Source of the DNA: a virus
Lineage: Duplodnaviria; Caudoviricetes
Length of the DNA stretch: 64,000 nt
Strand: one strand, 5' to 3'
Virus record (IMG/VR): IMGVR_UViG_3300033233_001970
Within the stretch, counting starts at the first letter, position 1. Each line of letters begins with the position of its first letter. The position numbers and the translations under genes are program-made. Of the stretch, positions 11,361-21,816 are shown one piece after another. A model generated the notes under the pieces. The model did no database searches. It had not been told where the DNA came from and saw nothing but the letters and a program-made list of their open reading frames with translations.

Positions 11361-11855
11361 GTGATCCACTGGCGCACCATCCCAGGTTTTTCCCGTTACG
11401 AAGCCTCCGACGACGGCCGCATCCGTCGCCGCCGCACAGGCTATCTCCTGTCGCTCAGACATCGGGACAACGGCGGCTACGTCGATCTCATGGTCTACGA
11501 CAACGTAGGTGTCCGCCGCAAACGCAAGCTGCACAACCTGGTACTCGAGACGTTCGTGGGCCCGCGTCCGACGCCGCGCCATCATGGTGCTCACACGCCG
11601 GACAACGATCTCACCAACAACCGTCTTTCGAACCTCGCGTGGAAGCTCCCGGAAGAGAACGAAGCGGACAAGAAAATGTGCGGAACCGCGCCCAAGGGAG
11701 GCCGTACGTGGCGCCCCTCAAGGGAGCGCGTTCGTCGCGTAAAAGCGCGCGTCGCCGCAGGGGAATCGTACAGCGCGGTCGCGCGTGACGAGGGAATGCA
11801 CCGGCATTCGGTCTCGAGGATTGTGCGCGGACTGAGAAGAGCTCGAGCAGCGTAG
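11361..11855 (+). CDS. NUMOD4/HNH homing endonuclease
   Basis: WRTIPGFSRYEASDDGRIR, HNLVLETFVGPRP, NNRLSNLAW, C-terminal HTH. Confidence 0.88.
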   Translation: MIHWRTIPGFSRYEASDDGRIRRRRTGYLLSLRHRDNGGYVDLMVYDNVGVRRKRKLHNLVLETFVGPRPTPRHHGAHTPDNDLTNNRLSNLAWKLPEENEADKKMCGTAPKGGRTWRPSRERVRRVKARVAAGESYSAVARDEGMHRHSVSRIVRGLRRARAA

Positions 11856-12006
11856 ATAGACGAAAATGGAACCCGTCTACCAAAAAGAATGGAACGGCTG
11901 GCAAGCGATCTTTACCTTCGCAATAGCGGTAGTTGTCGTTGTTGGCGGAATTCTTCTTATTTGTTGATTTGTAGACAGAGCACGACCGTCCAGTTATGCT
12001 GCTCGT

Positions 12007-12297
12007 ATGGCAATGACCCAAACGGTGTGGGCGGCGGTTGGCGCAGCTTTCGGCGGAGGGCTCGGCGGCGTCATTGGTTTTCTTGTCGCCGACAAGGCCA
12101 AGCCCGAGAATCGCGCTCCACTCATGGCGGGAGCGTCGACCATCGGCGCCGTCATCGGCGCCTCGCTTCTCAGCGGCATGGGTAAAGCGGATTGCCCTGC
12201 GTGCCCCGGCGCATCGTTGCCAGCTACACCGGCGTCACCACCGGCGCCGTTGATAGCGCCGGCACCGACAACGCCTCCGCCGCGCAGTATCCCGTAA
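12007..12297 (+). CDS. glycine-zipper membrane protein with Pro-rich tail
   Basis: GAAFGGGLGGVIG, GAVIGA. Confidence 0.6.
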   Translation: MAMTQTVWAAVGAAFGGGLGGVIGFLVADKAKPENRAPLMAGASTIGAVIGASLLSGMGKADCPACPGASLPATPASPPAPLIAPAPTTPPPRSIP

Positions 12298-12357
12298 GCT
12301 CTCTCATAGGCTAGGTTGGCCAGATTTCGGCCGACAAACGCGCGGCTACCGGAAAAC

Positions 12358-12386
12358 TTGACACAAAATGAAATAGTGACGACACT
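12358..12386 (+). promoter_or_regulatory. conserved phage promoter, copy 1
   Basis: TTGACA-CAAAATGA..; 17 nt spacer; GACACT. Confidence 0.7.
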
Positions 12387-12410
12387 GGCCCGCGTACCAA
12401 GGGGAAAATC

Positions 12411-13373
12411 ATGGCCAGAACACAAAAGGGTGACGGAATCGTCACCGCTGTCGAAACGATCACGCCCGAAATCGCGAAAAAATACCTCGCGAAATCCAAG
12501 GGCAACCGCAACATCAGCAAGGCCGCTGTCGCGTCGCTCGTCGAAACGATTCGTCACGGCGGATGGTTCGTCACGCACCAGGGCATCGGCTTCAATGTCA
12601 AAGACAACCTGATCGATGGGCATACACGCCTTACCGCGATCATCGAGGCCAATGCTCCTGTCGACGTGATGGTGACGCGCGGTCTCTCGATGAAGTGCAT
12701 CGACGTGACGGACACGGGGACTTCCCGATCGGTCGCGCATATTCTTCAGATGGGATACGGCGAAGAAAATTCGAAACGCAAGCAAGCGCTCGCCACGTCT
12801 CTTCACAAACTCGAACACTGCAAGGGCACCAAGCTGACGGTCGACAGGTACCGAGAGATCGTCAAGCGCCATCAAAAGGGATGGGATTGGCTCGTCGATA
12901 CGTTCGGGATCGCTTCTGGCCAAAAGAGCAATCTGACGGCTGACGCGTTGTCGGCCCTCGTGTACGCGTACCCGGTTTCGCCGGACAAGGTGATGCGGTT
13001 CGCAACCGCGCTCCGATCGTTCGACGCGGCCCATCACTCGTCGGTACGCGCCTGCATCAACACGCTTTCGCGGTTGCGAGCGACGCGTCGTCCAACCATC
13101 CGAGAAATCGCCTTCAATGTTCTCCGATGCCTTCTCGCGTACATTCATCACGAGCAGCTCGTCAAGGTGCAAGGCAGCATCGACGGTTACGAACGCTTCC
13201 GTACCGCGCGTCACAAGGCGGGGCTCAGCACCGTGTACCGTGACGACGACGCGAAGTACGGTCTTCGTACCGAAGCGCCGATTCACGACGGCGGCGCCAA
13301 GGTACCCATTCAAAAGGCGCGAGGTCGCGGAGCGTCCAAAGCGCAGATGGAGCTCCCGCTCGATTTGCAATGA
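12411..13373 (+). CDS. ParB/Srx-like N-terminal domain protein
   Basis: ITPEIAKKYL..NRNIS..GGW..THQGI..LIDGHTRLTAII. Confidence 0.75.
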   Translation: MARTQKGDGIVTAVETITPEIAKKYLAKSKGNRNISKAAVASLVETIRHGGWFVTHQGIGFNVKDNLIDGHTRLTAIIEANAPVDVMVTRGLSMKCIDVTDTGTSRSVAHILQMGYGEENSKRKQALATSLHKLEHCKGTKLTVDRYREIVKRHQKGWDWLVDTFGIASGQKSNLTADALSALVYAYPVSPDKVMRFATALRSFDAAHHSSVRACINTLSRLRATRRPTIREIAFNVLRCLLAYIHHEQLVKVQGSIDGYERFRTARHKAGLSTVYRDDDAKYGLRTEAPIHDGGAKVPIQKARGRGASKAQMELPLDLQ

Positions 13374-14012
13374 AACACGTATTGGCAAAAATCGATCGCC
13401 TGATCGTTCGGTTCCTATTTATCTTCCTGACGATCGAACGAACACGGTGCGGCGAGCCCGAATGTCGTTGCAAAAATCACGAAGTGATTGGTGTTAGTTC
13501 GTTTGGCTGGTATACATTTGCTGTCTTCGTGCTCGCTATGATGCTCCATTCGTGCTGGCAGACTCGTTGAGGTCGTTGATGAGCGCTGAGAATGGCGAAT
13601 CAGAGCTAAATCGACTCAAGGTCGAGAACGCCACGCTTCTCAAAATTGTGCAGGTGTTCGCCAATTTTCATCCTGACAGGGTGAAAAAGAATCACGCAGA
13701 ATGGATCGCTGCGAAAGTGGCGAACGCCCGTGATCAACTTCGATTCATCGCTCAACAGAAGAAGGCGTTCAAAGCGCCCGACGACATCATCGAGCGCAAG
13801 ATTCTTCATATCCAACAAATGCTTACGTATATGGATGAGCCTTCGTCATCGGTCGTCATTCGTCGCGCGAGCCGCCGTACGTACGAGGCGTGGGTCGAAG
13901 ATTGCGAGAAGACCATCGGATACGCCGATGGGACGACGGCCAATGACGCCGTGGTGAAGCTCTACGAGCTCGTTCGTTCTGTTGTCATGGAACGACGGCG
14001 TGAAGAAAAGAA

Positions 14013-14669
14013 ATGAGCCGCATGACTGAAATCGTCTGCTCGTTTTGCCAGGCCAAGCAAGAAGACACATCCAAAATCATCGCAGGCGCGCAACCCGACG
14101 GTGGATCGATCTATATCTGCGACCAATGTGTTGGGCTCGCTGCTGACATTATGGGTTTCTCAACGATCGATATAGAAGCTGCTCGGCTCGAGGAACGCAA
14201 ATGGATCATAGAGTGGCTTCGTCGATGTCAGGCTGACGACGGCATACCAACCGGCATCGAACGAGGCGCACACGTTCCGTACCCCCAAGATCCTGAATGT
14301 CCAGGATCGGATTGTCCGATGTGCAGCGGCGAAGCGTGCAGCAAATGCGGCGCCGGCACATCAACGAGTGCTCCACGGAACTGCGAACACGATTCGGCCG
14401 AGAGGCACGAGATTCCTGTTTCGGAATACGTGACATGGGCCGTCAAGGACCCGCCCGATCTTCAATGGGATAACGTCATCTGTTCAGATGGCGACAAGCC
14501 GCCCGGCATCGGTACGGATCTTCTGAAGCTTGGACTCGAGCTTCATAAGAGAGGAAAAGCAGAAATGACAAACGAAACGAAGGGCCAAAACAGAACGGTC
14601 CGCGCTCGTGAAGATGCTGCTCGACAGCGGCGCGCTACCGTCAGACATTTGTCACTTGATGTCGATTGA
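14013..14669 (+). CDS. ClpX C4 zinc-finger domain protein
   Basis: CSFCQAKQ..KIIAG..YICDQCV. Confidence 0.75.
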   Translation: MSRMTEIVCSFCQAKQEDTSKIIAGAQPDGGSIYICDQCVGLAADIMGFSTIDIEAARLEERKWIIEWLRRCQADDGIPTGIERGAHVPYPQDPECPGSDCPMCSGEACSKCGAGTSTSAPRNCEHDSAERHEIPVSEYVTWAVKDPPDLQWDNVICSDGDKPPGIGTDLLKLGLELHKRGKAEMTNETKGQNRTVRAREDAARQRRATVRHLSLDVD

Positions 14670-15791
14670 GTACAACACGCTTTCCGAAAAAGGTGGTTCC
14701 ACCAAAGCTCTGTACAAGAAGATGGCCAAAACGTGCGAACAGGCCAGGAATTTGTTTCTCGAAATTTCGATCTGAAATGATTCGCTGGATCAAATCGAAA
14801 CCACCGGCCGGATGGGGCGCCACTGAGCTCGAAGCCGTATTTGGTCGCGTACTTTGCGTTGTTCGTCGCGCAGCGACGTTTCGGTGCGAGCGATGGAGAT
14901 GGCACGTCGTCAGCATCCAGGATACGGAAAAGTTAGCGATGCCTCTTTCGAGAGTCAGCGCGCCGCCTCTTTACCGCGCCGATGCGCGAGGCAACGCATC
15001 GTCGATGGAGGCCGCGTGTCTCGCCGCAGAGAACGCAGCCAAGGACGTCGAGAAGCATCTCGCGGAAATGGACAAGCTTTACCCATTGAAGCCAAAGCGA
15101 AAAAAGCGGTGAACACGTGAAAATCACCATCAAGCCCAACGTGACACGCATCACCTTCAAAATGCACGTCGACGGCAAAGAGAAAGTCGTCGCCGAATTC
15201 ATTCGCAAAGAGAAGATTGACAATCTTCTGAATGACGACGGTTCCATCGGCCAATTTCTGCGCGGCCTGCGCGACAGCGTCAACGATCCAAATACGGATG
15301 GGTACAAGCGACAGTGAGTCCTTACCGCGAAACGGAGCGCCCGACCGAGATTGAAGATCCGGAAAACCAGATGGTTCTTCACGGAGTCCGTATTCGGGCG
15401 TGGCGATCATTTTATCAGCATGCGCTCGACGCGCTCACGAAGACATTGAGTACGTGGACCGCCGAGGACATCGCGAAGCGCGCGGAGGAAATTGCCGACG
15501 CGGCGTACGGTCGGTGGCTCCCGAGGCATGCGGCGTCGATTATTGTAGAGATAGAGATCGGCGAGGCGCAACTAGTGGCGTTTCGCAAAAAACTGTGAGC
15601 TGCCCCTCCTGCGCCAAAGCCAAACGCGTCGTCAGGCACCTCACGACAGATCCTCATTGGATGTGCCGATTCTGCGACGAGACGTTATGTGTCAGGTGTT
15701 ACGTGAAGCACACGTCCGAAAAGCACGAACCGCCTCCACTTTCGCTCAACTGCAAGTGCTGCGACGACATGGCGACTATTCTGGAGAAATC

Positions 15792-16151
15792 TTGAGACGC
15801 TACATCCTGAACGCTCAGCGCGAGCCTGTGCCGGAGCCTGATTTCCTGGCGTACGCGATGTGGATGAACGCCGCGTGGGAGGCAGATCCGCCGTTGGTGG
15901 TCGTTGCCAAAACGAAAATTCGCAGAGGTCTCGAAGTTTCGACCGTGTTTCTCGGGATCAACCACAATTGGTCCGATCGCGGGCCACCCGTCCTTTTCGA
16001 AACGATGGTCTTCCGAAAGGGTGTTGGCGTGGAATGCCGGCGCACCTCAACCTGGATCGAAGCCGCTGTCGAGCACGAGCGGATGGTGGCGTTCGTGAAA
16101 GGTTCGAATGTTGTTAGGCTTCCTGCTTCTACAAAAAAGGTTGTGAACTAG
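15792..16151 (+). CDS. conserved phage hypothetical protein
   Basis: VSTVFLGINHNW..PVLFETMVF pattern. Confidence 0.7.
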   Translation: MRRYILNAQREPVPEPDFLAYAMWMNAAWEADPPLVVVAKTKIRRGLEVSTVFLGINHNWSDRGPPVLFETMVFRKGVGVECRRTSTWIEAAVEHERMVAFVKGSNVVRLPASTKKVVN

Positions 16152-16173
16152 GCTCGATCGACCGTGAAAAACC

Positions 16174-16202
16174 TTGACATAAAATGACTAAGTGAGGATA
16201 CT
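16174..16202 (+). promoter_or_regulatory. conserved phage promoter, copy 2
   Basis: TTGACA-TAAAATGA..; 17 nt spacer; GATACT. Confidence 0.75.
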
Positions 16203-16209
16203 GTTCGCG

Positions 16210-16318
16210 TTAGCGACGCGCTAGGCCAGCATGTCGCTGAAAGTGCTCGACGCTCTGTCGTTGATGGCCCACCGAGGTTCGAGTCCTCTAAAGGGAAAGA
16301 CGACGGAGCGCCGAGCGC
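16210..16318 (+). ncRNA. structured leader or ncRNA with a tRNA-like T-loop
   Basis: Stems 16210-17/16233-40, 16243-49/16312-18 and 16251-62/16299-310; internal GAGG-TTCGAGT-CCTC hairpin. Confidence 0.65.
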
Positions 16319-16344
16319 GAGCTTCACAGTTCAAGGGGAAAATC

Positions 16345-18087
16345 ATGAGCGTGACGTGCGAAGGCTGTAGAGCTCCGGTCGAGCATCCGCAGGAACACCT
16401 CGGCGGCGTGCGATTCGTATGTGGTCTGTGCGCCGCTGCGAGCGGATTCCCGCGAGGAATGGGCAAAGACGGATCGTGCTCGTTCTATGAAGGCAAGAAG
16501 GGCGACGCTTTCGCGCGCCGAGTTGTCGATCACCGCTCCGCCGCTTCGAGCAGACGCCTCCGCGCCTCGACCGAGCTGCACAAGGCAAAAGATGTCCCGC
16601 ACGCGTGCGCCGGTTGCGGGTGCGACGTTTTCCATAGCTTGGCCGCTCTAGAGAACCGCGTCGCCTGCGTGGCGTGCGCAAAAGCCACGCCGGGGCTCGA
16701 TCATATTCGAGGAACGGGCCGTGACGGCGCCGTCCTCCTTCATGATTCGCGAACGATCGTCGATCATCGTACACGTACGATTATCGATCATCGTACGGAA
16801 AAAGAATTCATACTTCCGCGATCCACCGTGGACGCAGCCAAGTATGGCTGGCATACGTCGCTTTCTCCCAGTTTGGGCATCGAACCATGCTCCGCATGCG
16901 GCGCCGCCCCGTGCGACTGTCACGAGAAAATCTGGAACTATGCGTACCGAACGTCGCCGTCCGAATGGAATTGGAACTTCGAACGACCTGTCGCTCGCGC
17001 GTACGCTGTAGAAACGAAGGGGCCAGAGCTCGAGCTCGATGACGAAAAACGCGGCCCTATTCAGCGTATGCGTGACGGATTGCCGTGCCGCGACTGCGGC
17101 GCGGTCAAATGCGACTGCAACGAAGAAATCTGGAACGTGCCGGTTTGCGTGGACGGTCAATGGCTATGGTATCTCGGCGTCGGTAGGACGGTAACGCTGC
17201 CTCGATCGGAAGCCAAATGGGGCCAAGAGATCGCTCTCAAGAATCATTCTTTCCAGCGAAATGATTTCTTGGTCGGTTCGGTACGTCGTGTTCGCGATGG
17301 GCTTCCGACGTCGCGACCCAGCAGCGCCAAGTTCTACCCATCGGTGAAGCAATCGCGCGTGGCTCGGTCATGCGGTGAAGCGACGCTCGTTTTCGATGCC
17401 GTGAAGGCAGCATTTTCGGAGAAAGTTCAAGACATACAAATCTACGTTCACCGCGTCGTAGACCCTGCGTCGCTCAGCGAATCCAGTATAGGATATCGAC
17501 CGTTTCCTATGGCACCCATCGAGGATGGTGCAGGGCTTTACGACTACATTTTGCGCAACATCCACAAGACGTCCGAAGCGGCAGAATACAAAGTATATTT
17601 CAGGGAACCGAACGGAGCCGAGCGTGGTAGAGGACACGCGCGTATGCCGACGGTACCGGAGGTGCTGCCGCTTCGTAAATTGGCCGAGCCGCATTACATC
17701 CTACCCGGCGAACCGATCGGGATGTTCCTTCACGTACCGCCCTGCCCCATCTGCGAACGAATCGATCATGTCTGTTTGGTCGACAACAATCACGTCACGT
17801 GCGGGAAGCCCGCGCCATTCTTCGCCGGTAAAAATCCCATGTGCGCGGGCCACATGTACGATTTCAAAGAGATGATGAGCGTCGTTTGCTCTCCCGATCT
17901 CTGCGACGAGTGCAATGGCGCGCTTCAGCGAGCTTTTAGGCCCGCAGTGTACGCGCTTGCCGTCAAGAAGAAGGCCGATCGATACGATAACTCGTACGTC
18001 TTCGAAGAGGCGCGCAACATCCACAAACTCTGCGACGTCGAATGGATGAAATACGCGCTCCGTAAACGAGCGCTGGTCCCGAGATGA
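16345..18087 (+). CDS. large Cys-rich protein with internal duplicated zinc modules
   Basis: RBS AAGGGG before ATG 16345; repeated PCxxCGAxxCDCxExIWN and VDHR motifs. Confidence 0.7.
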   Translation: MSVTCEGCRAPVEHPQEHLGGVRFVCGLCAAASGFPRGMGKDGSCSFYEGKKGDAFARRVVDHRSAASSRRLRASTELHKAKDVPHACAGCGCDVFHSLAALENRVACVACAKATPGLDHIRGTGRDGAVLLHDSRTIVDHRTRTIIDHRTEKEFILPRSTVDAAKYGWHTSLSPSLGIEPCSACGAAPCDCHEKIWNYAYRTSPSEWNWNFERPVARAYAVETKGPELELDDEKRGPIQRMRDGLPCRDCGAVKCDCNEEIWNVPVCVDGQWLWYLGVGRTVTLPRSEAKWGQEIALKNHSFQRNDFLVGSVRRVRDGLPTSRPSSAKFYPSVKQSRVARSCGEATLVFDAVKAAFSEKVQDIQIYVHRVVDPASLSESSIGYRPFPMAPIEDGAGLYDYILRNIHKTSEAAEYKVYFREPNGAERGRGHARMPTVPEVLPLRKLAEPHYILPGEPIGMFLHVPPCPICERIDHVCLVDNNHVTCGKPAPFFAGKNPMCAGHMYDFKEMMSVVCSPDLCDECNGALQRAFRPAVYALAVKKKADRYDNSYVFEEARNIHKLCDVEWMKYALRKRALVPR

Positions 18088-18842
18088 GTCATCAGACCGA
18101 TTCCGACGACACGTTCAGTTCTATCCGCGTGATGACGTTCGCGGATCGGGATGACTGCGCTCTCGTTTTTATTCGTCCAGACGGCGTCTATCCTCCTATC
18201 AAGTTCTCTCATCCGATCACGTTAAGTTCGATGCGGCTTGCCATGAAGGAGGCAGGAATCCCGCCTTACAAGATTCGTGTTGGCTCCATGGCTTATGTTG
18301 GCCGGATGACCTCTGCTATTCGTCGTATCGAACGGGAAGAGAGCGCTGAGCGCGCCCAGCGCCACAAAGAACATGAGGCGTCCCTTGCCGTCATTTTGAA
18401 GACTAGCGCATCGACGCTCGAACAAGAACGTGCGGCTCTAATCTTGGAAAAACATCAGGTCGACGACGAGCTCCGTCGAACCCAGGTACGGCTAAGCGAA
18501 GCGCGCGCAACCGCCTATACGTCAGGCCGTTACATGGATCCGTCGCATTATCGGCAACAGGAGCGTAAGGTCGTTCAGCTCAGAGAGCGTTCCCTCGCGA
18601 TTCAATCGGAGTTGGGTAAACTCCGAATCCGCATCAAAACGGAGAATAGGCAGCAAGAAGAAAAGCGAGAGGAAAAGCGTGGAGGAAAAGAATCCTTCTA
18701 CGCCGAATTCCATCAGATTGCTTATGAGGTGCTTCCGCGAGAACTGTTCCTCAAAATCGGGCGTCTTGCCGGAGAGCGTCTTGACGCAAAAGAAGAGGCG
18801 CAGGACGAAGAAACTGAACACAACGGTGCGGAGGAATCATGA
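18084..18842 (+). CDS. coiled-coil hypothetical protein
   Basis: E/R/K-rich heptads; coupled start. Confidence 0.65.
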   Translation: MSHQTDSDDTFSSIRVMTFADRDDCALVFIRPDGVYPPIKFSHPITLSSMRLAMKEAGIPPYKIRVGSMAYVGRMTSAIRRIEREESAERAQRHKEHEASLAVILKTSASTLEQERAALILEKHQVDDELRRTQVRLSEARATAYTSGRYMDPSHYRQQERKVVQLRERSLAIQSELGKLRIRIKTENRQQEEKREEKRGGKESFYAEFHQIAYEVLPRELFLKIGRLAGERLDAKEEAQDEETEHNGAEES

Positions 18843-20138
18843 ATTTCAGGATCGCAATGCTTGCACTGGCTCTCGTCACCTGGACGTCGGCCGCAAGCGC
18901 AGGAACCGTGACGCTTCGCGACGGCTCAAGCCTCCTCACGAGCTCCGATGTGGCCGTGCTCTCATCGAGCGCCAAGGATTGGCCGTTCGATCTGCATATC
19001 ATCGTCGCGAACGTCCCGAACCGATCGGACTTCCTGACGGAAGCGGTGACGATCTCTGTCTCGCGCTGTGGGAAGCGGAGCGCCTGAGGGATCGTCTTGA
19101 AATCGCGATTACACTACCAGAGCGATGGGGTTCAAAAAAAACGCCAACGGCGAATGGATGGGCTAAAGCACTGAGACGGAGCCGCTCGCACGGTACGCCG
19201 TTTTGCGATCGGATTGGCTTCGTCTTCTTCAGCTTCTCGGCGTCGCGTCCAAGTTTCCGTCGGGAAGCTCATTAGAGCTCGCCGAGGCGGAGCAGCGCAT
19301 TGCCTCGATTCGCGTTGACGAGCGTACCAAGACCGAGCGGGAGATCGCAGCGTATGCGAGAGCCAATTATTACGCGACTGGAACTGGTATCACGATTGCC
19401 GGCGAGATTGAATCTGGTGCATATCGTTCCAAATTCGAGACGTGTACAACGTGCGGCGGATCCGGATGCAGATTCAATGTTCGTTACGGTGACAAGAGAG
19501 ACGAGCAGTGGTGCGAACCATGCAAAGGCACCGGCCACCTGAAGACGGAGACCTCATGAGCCACGAACCGCCCGATCCGTTTCAAGAATTGCAACTCGAG
19601 ACTCTTCGCCAGCGTGACGAAGAGATCAAAAGACTTCGCGAAGTTCTCAAGGGTCTGTACGAACCGCTCGAGAACATTCGATACCATTATCCGTGTCCCG
19701 ATCCCGCCGACGGCGGCTGTATTCCGTCAGCCGCGTGCGCGTACGAACAAGCTAGGATTGCAATTCGCAGAATCGAGCGCGCTTTGGTGGCGACGTGAGC
19801 GAGCGTTTCGGAATTTGGCTCATCATCAGCCATTGGGGTTCGGAAAATGGCGGCGATGATCTTGTCGGAACGCGCGAAGAGATGGAAGCCACTGCCAAAG
19901 AGTGGCGATCTCATCCGGCCTCTGGGTGGGCTTCGTATGAAGCCGAGCCATACGTCGAGGTGGAAAAACGTCAAGAGCAGCTTGCGTGGGAACGGCAACG
20001 AATGAAAGAGCTCGAGATCCAGGCGCGCCTCGCGTGCAAGTCGTACGAGGATGTCGGTGGTCTTGGCGACGAATTTAAGCACCGCATGCGCGTGATGAAC
20101 GAAACGCTTCAGAAGCTCACGGATCTTCGCGGAGGTAA

Positions 20139-20987
20139 GTGGTGACCACCACGTGCGCAGAGCACAAGTACACCGATCCTGGATCGTGTGTATTTTGCGA
20201 GCTGGAGTCAGCGTATGAAGCTGCGATTCGAGCTCGAGCTGAAATCGGCGACCTGAAAGCCGAGCTTCGTATGGCCCGCGAAGCGGCGTCGACCGAGCAC
20301 ATTCCGATTCTGGCAAAAATTGCGATGAAGATGACTTCCGCGCTCACGTGGTACGCGGACAAGGAAACGTACGAAGGGCACGCCGCTGGACACGAATGGG
20401 TTGCGCCCATCGAGAACGACAAAGGCGATCGAGCTAGAGGCGCACTCCAAGGCGTAGCAGTCGACGAAGCCGAATTACGTGAGCGCAACGAGCAATTTGC
20501 CAAGCTCACGAAAGAACGTGACGACGCCAACAAGCGCGCCGCCGAAATGCATCGTCGCGCGCAGGCCAACGATGGCGCCACAGAACGGTTGACTATACTT
20601 CAATCGAAGATTCCTGGGATTATCGAAAAAGAGCGGAAGGATGTTCGGGACAAGCACATCCAATGGACGCGACGAACGGTCGCACGGATCCGATCGTACG
20701 TAGAAGCATTGCGAGCGACGGGAGTCCCGACGCATGCGGAAGGACACGAAGGTGATCGTTTCTACACGGAAGGGCGAGAGCAAATTTTGCTGGCCAGGCT
20801 CGTTACACAACGTGACGAAGCGATTCGGTTGCGCGGTCCGATGTGCCCGGAGCCAGGATGCGGCTTGTCGTGTGCGTACTGCGACCGAAAACAGCTTCGC
20901 GAAGCCTTGGAGTGGATCGAGGCGAACGAGTCCGAAGGCAAGGCGCTCGTGAAACGGGCGTTCGCCGGGACCAAGGATTTGCCATGA
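20139..20987 (+). CDS. phage coiled-coil mosaic protein
   Basis: ALTWYAD..DKGDRARGAL module shared with the next gene. Confidence 0.65.
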   Translation: MVTTTCAEHKYTDPGSCVFCELESAYEAAIRARAEIGDLKAELRMAREAASTEHIPILAKIAMKMTSALTWYADKETYEGHAAGHEWVAPIENDKGDRARGALQGVAVDEAELRERNEQFAKLTKERDDANKRAAEMHRRAQANDGATERLTILQSKIPGIIEKERKDVRDKHIQWTRRTVARIRSYVEALRATGVPTHAEGHEGDRFYTEGREQILLARLVTQRDEAIRLRGPMCPEPGCGLSCAYCDRKQLREALEWIEANESEGKALVKRAFAGTKDLP

Positions 20988-21406
20988 GTTACGCCGCCGC
21001 CATGGAGTCACTCGAAACGGCGATGGCGCTGGTCGACTCGCTGACCAATCAGCTCCATTCCTGCATCTTGCGCGCGGAAGCGGCCGAGGCGCGGGTCGAG
21101 GCTGCGGAGACGTTGCTTGCTCGATACAAGGACGGACTCAGCGCGCTCGTAGCTCCGCTAGCCTCCATGTTCGATATAGTCGCGTCGGAAGCGTACGAAA
21201 CGGGCGTGGCTGACGGTTGTGCGGACGCCGGCAAGACTGCCGAAATCACGAAGCTGCGAACTGCGCTCGAATGGTACGCCGACGAGTCGAACTACCACGA
21301 GACGCTCGGAAACGACGCTCCGTGCGAGGTGCTTAGTCGCAATACGGTGGAAGAAACGCACATCGCCGATCGTGGCGATCGTGCCCGTAAGGCGCTTGGG
21401 CGATAG
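20984..21406 (+). CDS. phage hypothetical protein
   Basis: ALEWYAD..DRGDRARKAL module. Confidence 0.65.
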   Translation: MSYAAAMESLETAMALVDSLTNQLHSCILRAEAAEARVEAAETLLARYKDGLSALVAPLASMFDIVASEAYETGVADGCADAGKTAEITKLRTALEWYADESNYHETLGNDAPCEVLSRNTVEETHIADRGDRARKALGR

Positions 21407-21416
21407 GGGCTTCGCG

Positions 21417-21752
21417 ATGCCGTACGATCTGATGAAGCTCCAATTCAGTACGGTCTTGGCGAAACGAGAAATCGAATCGACGCGCAACCGGCTAAAACGG
21501 TTCGATCTCGACAAGGACAGAGACGAGCGTCGTGCGCAGCATACATGCCCACGGTGCTGGTACTTGCGCGGCGCCAGGATCGTAGGGCATGGGTACACGA
21601 GATGGACGTGTCGAAGTTGCGGCGTCGAAGACACGCACAGTAACACCGGCGTTCCCGAGCTCTGCGATTCGTGCTGCGAGAAATACGGCGCTTGCCGCGA
21701 ATGCAGCGGCGACGTCAACTGCAAGGCGCGCAAGAGGCTCGAGAAACGGTGA
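21417..21752 (+). CDS. multi-CxxC zinc-finger protein
   Basis: CPRC, CRSC, CDSCC, CREC. Confidence 0.65.
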   Translation: MPYDLMKLQFSTVLAKREIESTRNRLKRFDLDKDRDERRAQHTCPRCWYLRGARIVGHGYTRWTCRSCGVEDTHSNTGVPELCDSCCEKYGACRECSGDVNCKARKRLEKR

Positions 21753-21780
21753 CCGTCACGCGCTCGGCAGATGATAAATC

Positions 21781-21809
21781 TTGACACAAGATGAACAAGT
21801 GCGGATACT
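21781..21809 (+). promoter_or_regulatory. conserved phage promoter, copy 3 (leaderless, ATG 21817)
   Basis: TTGACA-CAAGATGA..; 17 nt spacer; GATACT. Confidence 0.72.
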
Positions 21810-21816
21810 GCCGTCG

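Noticed and set aside
12309-12323. GGCTAGGTTGGCC as another pentamer array
   Set aside because: Only two phased units and no terminal hairpin
11994-13388. Long minus-strand ORFs (also 265-1470, 1689-2750, 22014-23036, 43555-44430, 55648-56589)
   Set aside because: Antisense shadows of real + strand genes in GC-rich DNA; no motifs
16263-16298. tRNA gene suggested by GGTTCGAGTCC
   Set aside because: No D-arm, anticodon arm or acceptor/CCA arrangement; kept only as a T-loop RNA
16231-16344. N-terminal extension of the 618 aa ORF
   Set aside because: It lies within the RNA stems; the strong RBS precedes ATG 16345
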